A DNA stretch of 38,615 bases from Nemertoderma westbladi (taxonomy: Eukaryota; Animalia; Xenacoelomorpha), in NCBI GenBank assembly GCA_032718475.1, contig JAUCBJ010002815.1:1-38615 (forward strand), given 5' to 3'. Below are positions 35,801 through 38,615 of the stretch, piece after piece. Both the position numbers and the translations under genes were made by a program. The notes under the pieces are model-generated. The model was given only the letters and a program-made list of their open reading frames with translations. It had not been told where the DNA came from and did not search any database. The first letter of the stretch is position 1; every line of letters begins with the position of its first letter.

Positions 35801-36361
35801 GAAAACCCCAGGCAGTAAATACATATCTATCTCCTTCTATCTGAAGATATATCGGGGTTATAGCGGGTATTTGCTATTGTTTTCTTAATTTCACTGCTAA
35901 GATTCCCAACCAATGAACCACTAACTGATTAATATGCCTATTGTGCACGAAGAACAAGTACAAGATAGATACAAGATAGAAGTTAAAGTACAAGATTATG
36001 TACTGGCTTGTCCTCACGGCAAAAACAATGTCATGCAAAGCGGACATATTATGCCAAGAGTTGCAATAATGTAACTATTTCATACAATAAAATCTGAGAA
36101 ACTATTCATATCATAAGTTATAGATAGATACGCGATATATTTTAAGATAAGTGGTGCATTTTTATATATTATATATTTTAGTGCTCGGGCGCTCACATAC
36201 CTCGATGGTACCGGACCTTCGCTCGTATTATTTGATGGTGATTACTTCACCGGTGATGCTAGAATCCTTGGGGAGTCAACGAGAGATTTAACTGCATCCC
36301 ATGGGTTTAACAATATACCAAGCTCTTTCATTATCACATCTGGAACATGGAATTTTTATTT
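2742..36361 (+). CDS. Multi-domain beta/gamma-crystallin superfamily protein (spliced, partial at both ends; at least 4 domains / 8 Greek keys)
   Basis: Six AG/GT-bounded exons join with compatible phases (2,0,2,2,2) and no stops: GKIQLFEHTNFSG...NNMFSSVI|VYSGKWILYD...PGEYP...DNRISSIRLIPN|DGIMIF...DNQCGSIIITSGQWELYS|DNDYQG...PGIY...DDSLSSVRRL...IILYPNENFEG...DNAISSIRVKCGS|WILLD...PGDYP...DNTLSS|ARAL...LVLFDGDYFTG...NNIPSSFIITSGTWNFY. This matches the Greek-key consensus F/Y-x4-F/Y-x-G...S-S-x-R/I. Confidence 0.92.
2879..3176 (-). mobile_element. tRNA-derived SINE-like insertion with 11-bp TSD
   Basis: ataaaccatat at 2868-2878 and 3177-3187. The minus strand has A-box-like TAGCTCAGT and B-box GGTTCGAGCCC (~2950-3008), bracketed by imperfect inverted repeats. 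Confidence 0.65.
3340..6546 (+). mobile_element. RTE-like non-LTR retrotransposon, near full length, decayed (APE endonuclease + RT)
   Basis: APE motifs VNTL...GIQEHR, GGIGLL, SDH. RT motifs GVDGVPSEVFK, VPVPKKG, QNGFRKG, FVDF.KAFDSVSR, GVLQ.DTLAPFLF, ADD, FCYLGS, LLYG, RLRFAGHC. Many stops and frameshifts; ends in cctagt. 5' boundary is approximate. Confidence 0.9.
6547..7517. mobile_element. Non-autonomous TTAA-target (piggyBac-like) DNA element, copy 1
   Basis: Ends ...ccttgggcttttcaggg+TTAA (7518-7521). 6547-7130 is closely similar to 35070-35811, whose left end cctgaaacgcccagg is the inverse of this right end. No credible ORF. Confidence 0.75.
8108..8435 (+). mobile_element. Diverged 5' fragment of the RTE-like LINE family
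   Basis: Collinear with 3516-3955 with deletions (tgcctctctcacccc; ggtcaccagg; gttccaccccga; attcaagagcaccgaatgcaga; ggtctattgatgaatccaact). Confidence 0.8.
9316..9748 (-). mobile_element. CRE-like non-LTR retrotransposon fragment (Zn knuckle + restriction-like endonuclease), decayed
   Basis: Minus strand LALWY...LPVTCQGCG...HALSCK...KRH.EVQDVLGDL. Nucleotide similarity to 25095-25630 (gaggtgaccct.tcccatggtca). Confidence 0.8.
10380..11160 (+). mobile_element. CRE-like non-LTR retrotransposon, 5'-truncated 3' end (RLE domain + 3' UTR)
   Basis: CDGCG..FDLNHGLNCKKGGLVIQRHNELRD, CDVGVRGVF, and WVRSRVLFAVVR...CLRGS; AATAAA near 11146. Confidence 0.85.
11195..11533 (-). repeat. 3' LTR of BEL/Pao element
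   Basis: TGTTA...TTACA termini, adjacent PPT, direct repeat of 16249-16511. Confidence 0.88.
12501..12850. repeat. ~96-bp tandem repeat (about 3.5 copies) in the BEL 3' non-coding region
   Basis: cccacaa anchors at 12501, 12599, 12695 and 12791 with near-identical intervening sequence. Confidence 0.9.
13030..15660 (-). pseudogene. BEL/Pao gag-pro/integrase remnant
   Basis: ORF pieces 15274-15660, 14803-15093, 13955-14635 and 13106-13705 are collinear fragments of a Pao polyprotein broken by stops, frameshifts and a large deletion. Confidence 0.8.
16249..16511 (-). repeat. 5' LTR of BEL/Pao element (inner end and PBS lost)
   Basis: Matches 11201-11533 with several indels; starts TGTAAGCGGATTC on minus. 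Confidence 0.85.
16786..16954 (+). CDS. Beta/gamma-crystallin gene exon (Greek key 2)
   Basis: tttcatag|AGTTTAC...CCAAAT|gtaagt; VYSGKWILYD...EPGEYP...DNRISSIRLIPN. Confidence 0.93.
17459..18143. mobile_element. piggyBac-like MITE with TTAA target duplication
   Basis: TTAA(17455-58)-CCCTA...TAGGG-TTAA(18144-47); subterminal palindrome ggggtca-ata-tgacccc; non-coding. Confidence 0.75.
18188..18330 (+). CDS. Beta/gamma-crystallin gene exon (Greek key 3, start of 4)
   Basis: ttttcag|GATGGT...TACAG|gtatta; DGIMIFWTNSFWD...DNQCGSIIITSGQWELY. Confidence 0.9.
19190..19363 (+). repeat. 5' LTR (174 bp) of Gypsy element
   Basis: Perfect TGTAA/TTACA terminal inverted ends immediately followed by the PBS. 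Confidence 0.85.
19365..19379 (+). promoter_or_regulatory. Primer-binding site complementary to tRNA-Trp 3' end
   Basis: TGGTGACCCAGACGT versus expected TGGTGACCCCGACGT (14/15). Confidence 0.85.
19429..21204 (+). pseudogene. Gypsy gag-protease (in-frame TGA at 20284-20286)
   Basis: ORFs 19429-20286 and 20287-21204 are in the same frame, and the stop falls before the Gag Zn knuckle. Confidence 0.85.
21809..23005 (+). mobile_element. 5'-truncated RTE-like LINE with 10-bp TSD
   Basis: Highly similar to 5360-6546. TSD tggttactgg at 21799-21808 and 23006-23015. Removing the insertion restores the host CRE reading frame. Confidence 0.95.
25334..25406 (+). mobile_element. Ultra-short (73 bp) RTE-like LINE 3' end with 10-bp TSD
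   Basis: aagccggcacagcattcttaaaaatgcagc...gatcctagtag; TSD tagatagaga at 25324-25333 and 25407-25416. Confidence 0.9.
27004..27279 (+). CDS. Beta/gamma-crystallin gene exon (rest of Greek key 4, linker, Greek key 5)
   Basis: ttatttag|TGACAAT...TGTGGAAG|gtatgt; DNDYQGYRRILNPGIY...DDSLSSVRRL...IILYPNENFEG...DNAISSIRVKCG. Confidence 0.93.
27275..28232. repeat. 34-35 bp minisatellite, block 1 (~28 units)
   Basis: Unit ggaaggtatgtaccccRcagYgYcccagaMtata; anchors at 27275, 27309, 27343 and onward. Confidence 0.97.
28240..29405 (-). mobile_element. Possible 5' portion of a CR1/L2-type LINE (strongly decayed)
   Basis: Minus strand begins AAGATGGCGCC, with a GC-rich UTR-like segment and a degenerate IT*VWL (APE ITETWL-like) at 28368-28385. 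Weak evidence. Confidence 0.3.
28961..28999. other. Perfect 17-bp GC-rich hairpin, 5-nt loop
   Basis: ccggtaggcatcgcggg-aggcg-cccgcgatgcctaccgg. Confidence 0.95.
29410..29540. repeat. 34-bp minisatellite, block 2 (~4 diverged units)
   Basis: Same unit as 27275-28232. Confidence 0.9.
29541..31923 (-). mobile_element. L2/CR1-type LINE, 5'-truncated, with (TTA)n tail
   Basis: ORF2 pieces: SDH, YRPVSNLSFLSKVVEK, QSGYR..HSTETA, LSAAFDTV, GVPQGSILGP, YADE, LVHAFITSRIDY, and F...APRLWNKLP. Tail at 29541-29555; candidate TSD atgtat at 29535-29540 and 31924-31929. Confidence 0.93.
31924..32333. repeat. 34-bp minisatellite, block 3 (~12 units)
   Basis: Unit ggaaggtatgtacccagcagtgccccataatata. Confidence 0.95.
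32470..32667 (-). mobile_element. CRE-like retrotransposon extreme C-terminal fragment
   Basis: Minus strand AVAFETL-GRPGPETAAFLKKVGNRL...RSRFLLQRIPIAILTGN, resembling the RLE C-terminus (ETLG..G...FL..LG.RL...FL.QR.S.A...GN). Confidence 0.65.
32797..32850 (-). ncRNA. Type I (minimal, short stem III) hammerhead ribozyme
   Basis: Minus strand: UCCGAC-ACCACG-CUGAUGA-GACC-CAGUAA-GGUC-GAAAC-GC-GUA^-CGUGGU-UUGGA. Catalytic core intact, stem I ACCACG/CGUGGU, stem II GACC/GGUC, palindromic ACGCGU stem III. Confidence 0.85.
32841..32904 (-). promoter_or_regulatory. tRNA-derived internal Pol III promoter (A and B boxes)
   Basis: A box TGGCCTAGTGG (32900-32890) and B box GGTTCGAATCC (32858-32848), with an anticodon-arm-like ctcgg-cttccac-ctcgag between them. 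Confidence 0.75.
33084..33124 (+). ncRNA. Second, 5'-truncated hammerhead copy (lacks the first core C and the stem I 5' strand)
   Basis: tgatgagacccagtaaggtcgaaacgcgtacgtggtttgga. Confidence 0.7.
33394..33437 (+). ncRNA. Degenerate Penelope-type minimal hammerhead remnant
   Basis: gacac-CTGAAGA-a-gatga-caataat-ttatt-GAAA-gcta; stem II pairs only via wobbles and stem I is damaged. Confidence 0.4.
33523..33636 (+). CDS. Beta/gamma-crystallin gene exon (Greek key 6)
   Basis: ttttccttacag|TTGGATT...ATCCAG|gtaaat; WILLDGGLWTGAYAIVSPGDYPNSYSIAPNWVDNTLS. Confidence 0.92.
33786..33805. repeat. (GT)10 microsatellite
   Basis: Direct reading. Confidence 0.9.
34920..35040 (-). mobile_element. Diverged RTE-like LINE 3' end fragment
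   Basis: Reverse complement ttaaaggacactggccttgaagatgctgatgatctggcgaaagtcatggg...gaattcttaatgcacgctgca matches 850-970. Confidence 0.85.
35041..35811. mobile_element. Non-autonomous TTAA-target element, copy 2 (right end missing)
   Basis: Begins TTAA|CCCTT. 35070-35811 aligns to 6547-7130 with an extra ~125 bp at 35328-35452. Confidence 0.75.
36182..36361 (+). CDS. Beta/gamma-crystallin gene exon (Greek key 7, start of 8)
   Basis: tattttag|TGCTCGG...TTTATTT|gtaagt; ARALTY...SLVLFDGDYFTGDAR...NNIPSSFIITSGTWNFY. Confidence 0.9.
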
Positions 36362-36499
36362 GTAAGTTGTCAATTAGACCATTAGATATTACGTTAATGT
36401 TATTGTGGGAATATTGTATAAATATGATGTCATCATAATTTTCACATGCCATAAAGGCATTGTCCATATCCATTGTGCACCAATGTGTGAAAATGTATT

Positions 36500-38038
36500 T
36501 TATAAAGGATTAATCTTGCAATTTGAGGTGGAATAGGATGAATTAGCATTCCCATGGTTTTTATTTTCAGAAACAGTTAAATTCTCACCTCCCGAACTCT
36601 CAACATCTTCATCATCATCATTACTAGTCAGGCAATCAGAATCGCTTTCAGCAGATATTTGAGTACATTGACTCTTTCGAGATTTTCGCTTCAGACTGCG
36701 CCGTTTCTTTTTTGTTTTAATTGAATCGATCGGGCCTATCACCATGTTTCGTATCGATCTCTGATCCTGCAGGAAGGCCCATTCACATTGTGGAACCTTT
36801 CTTTCAATTGGGCAGCTACATGTAATTCTATCTGAACATTTACAAGCAGAAATGTCAAATAATAAGGATAAATTGTCAATATATTTCTGAACTTTAGTTG
36901 TAAAATCTGGATTCTCCCTCCGTGACTTGGGTATCCGGTTAAGGGCTTTTGAATAATCAAATAATCGGCGAATTCTTAATGCCAGACATGTAACCGAGGA
37001 AATAGTAGGTATACTAGCTTTATTCCATATTTGTAATATAGATTCTGCACAACTAAGGGTTTCTGCGTTAGTGTCCTGTTTTCCACATTTAGACTTCTCT
37101 CGCAAAAACATAAGGTGCTGCATGACATCCATACCGGTAGGCAGTACATTTAATATAGTTAAATCTTTAGAGAATCCAAAATATTCATAACGAGTTCTCA
37201 GTACCCGATCCATAATTATCAATAGTTAATTTCAATAAATGAAACGGCAGAGGCAACAAGTAATGTACTCTAGTTTCGGTTTCCGAGTAGGCCTACTACA
37301 GGCCTAAGAAGATGCTGCTATGCCCCTCACAGTATGCTGTGCCTCTCATACTTAACTTCGGGCCTCCCAGAAATGCTGCTACAGTATTTTATATTTCAAA
37401 AGCTATCACTGTGTCAGAGCTGTAGTCCAGAGCTGGACTGGAGACCGGAATAAATACACAGCTGTGTCTGTGTCATGTAAGTAAATGCTGTTGAACAAAA
37501 ATCAATTACAACTATTAGGTGCTGTGCTGTGGTGCCGTGCTGATACTGGTACTCCAGAACCGGTATCGATACTGATAGTATACTACTGACTCGATACTGC
37601 GACCTAGTCACTACTGGCCGAATAACAAGAAGAAATTAATTACAATTTGAATTTCCCTCTAATTATAGAGTAACACATAATTTGTGAAATCAACCAATGA
37701 AAATTCAATAATTGTTGAAAACTGGGAGGTTTTCAACTTGCTGTACAGCGGCAATAATTAAAATAAATTATTATAACTGTGTTAGTTGGTAAATTTGCCA
37801 CATAATATATCATTAAAATGTATGAGAAAAAAAATATTTTCATTACAATATGAATGTCAGCGTAAGATTAAGTAATGTGATTTTTGGTAGTTTTTCATTT
37901 TTTAGATGCATGGTGCAGGGGTCAAACATAATTTTTAAAATTAAAAATTGCGTTTTATCTAAGTTTTAGGACCCAAGGCCACTTTTTATCAATGAGAAAA
38001 TCTAGATATCCAAAAAAAGTAAAAATCGACCTACCCTA
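36500..38038 (-). mobile_element. DNA transposon 5' part, tentatively hAT (hATm-like): terminus + transposase N-terminus
   Basis: Minus-strand terminus TAGGGTAGGTCGATTTT at 38038. ORF 37222-36500 has LPT..DV, IW.KASIPT, LFDISACKC...CSC....KVP..E..FL.DQR..R.M.IG, a motif set I associate with animal hATm-type transposases. Catalytic domain absent. Confidence 0.65.
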
Positions 38039-38615
38039 ATAATTATTAACTTACTTTGATCTCTTCCTGTCATTTAATACAGTGACGTTTCTTAATAGGC
38101 CTATATAAAGTTGTCTATTACTTAGTCTCTTTTAGTCTCTCTTATCTCTACTTCCACCTGGAGTACGAGTAAATCTGCGTAATCATATTCACACGATGTT
38201 ATCAATGTCCGTTTTTAATTAAACTGTTTTTATCTAATTTTTTAGCAATCCTACATTTTAACAGTGCCATGCGCCTTGCTCTTAATTTAGTAAAGGCGCT
38301 ATATAAATATTTTAATTATTATTATTATTATCTTATATGAACTACCGGTACTTAGCTTCTCTATTTATTTATAATTTAAATATTTTAACAAATTTTACAT
38401 ATCCGTTGGATATAATAAAGTCTCCATTAATCATAAAGTTAACGAAATATGTTTACTACCGGTATCCTTTTTTAAAGATAATATCAATTCAGTTTTTCCC
38501 TTTTTTTGAACTGCATCCAATCCTTTTTTTCCTTTTTTTTTGAAAATATAAATTCCTTTTTTCCTTTTTTTTTCATTTTTGGCTGGGAGGGCTGTAATAA
38601 CTATTTACATCATTG

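Overview
AT-rich, spliceosomal-intron-containing eukaryotic DNA, probably from an invertebrate animal (species not determinable). The backbone is one + strand host gene that the ORF track largely misses. Six GT-AG exons (2742-2859, 16786-16954, 18188-18330, 27004-27279, 33523-33636, 36182-36361; 1000 nt) splice in phase into an uninterrupted ~333-aa stretch of at least four tandem beta/gamma-crystallin domains. Most Greek keys keep the ancestral Ca2+-binding N/D-N/D-x-x-S-S signature. Neither end of the gene is resolved here. Its 1.2-14 kb introns are filled with nested, decayed transposons: piggyBac and TTAA-target MITEs, at least 6 pieces of one RTE-like LINE family, 4 CRE-like (RLE) retroelement pieces (one possibly carrying a Ulp1-like protease), a BEL/Pao element, a CsRn1-like Gypsy, an L2/CR1 LINE and a hAT-like transposase fragment. 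Two non-coding features stand out. The first is a 675-bp insertion with a 12-bp TSD that carries a tRNA-like Pol III promoter fused to a type I hammerhead ribozyme, in a head-to-head, circularly permuted layout (retrozyme/SINE-like). The second is a ~34-bp minisatellite built from the splice donor of exon 4, giving ~40 decoy donors.
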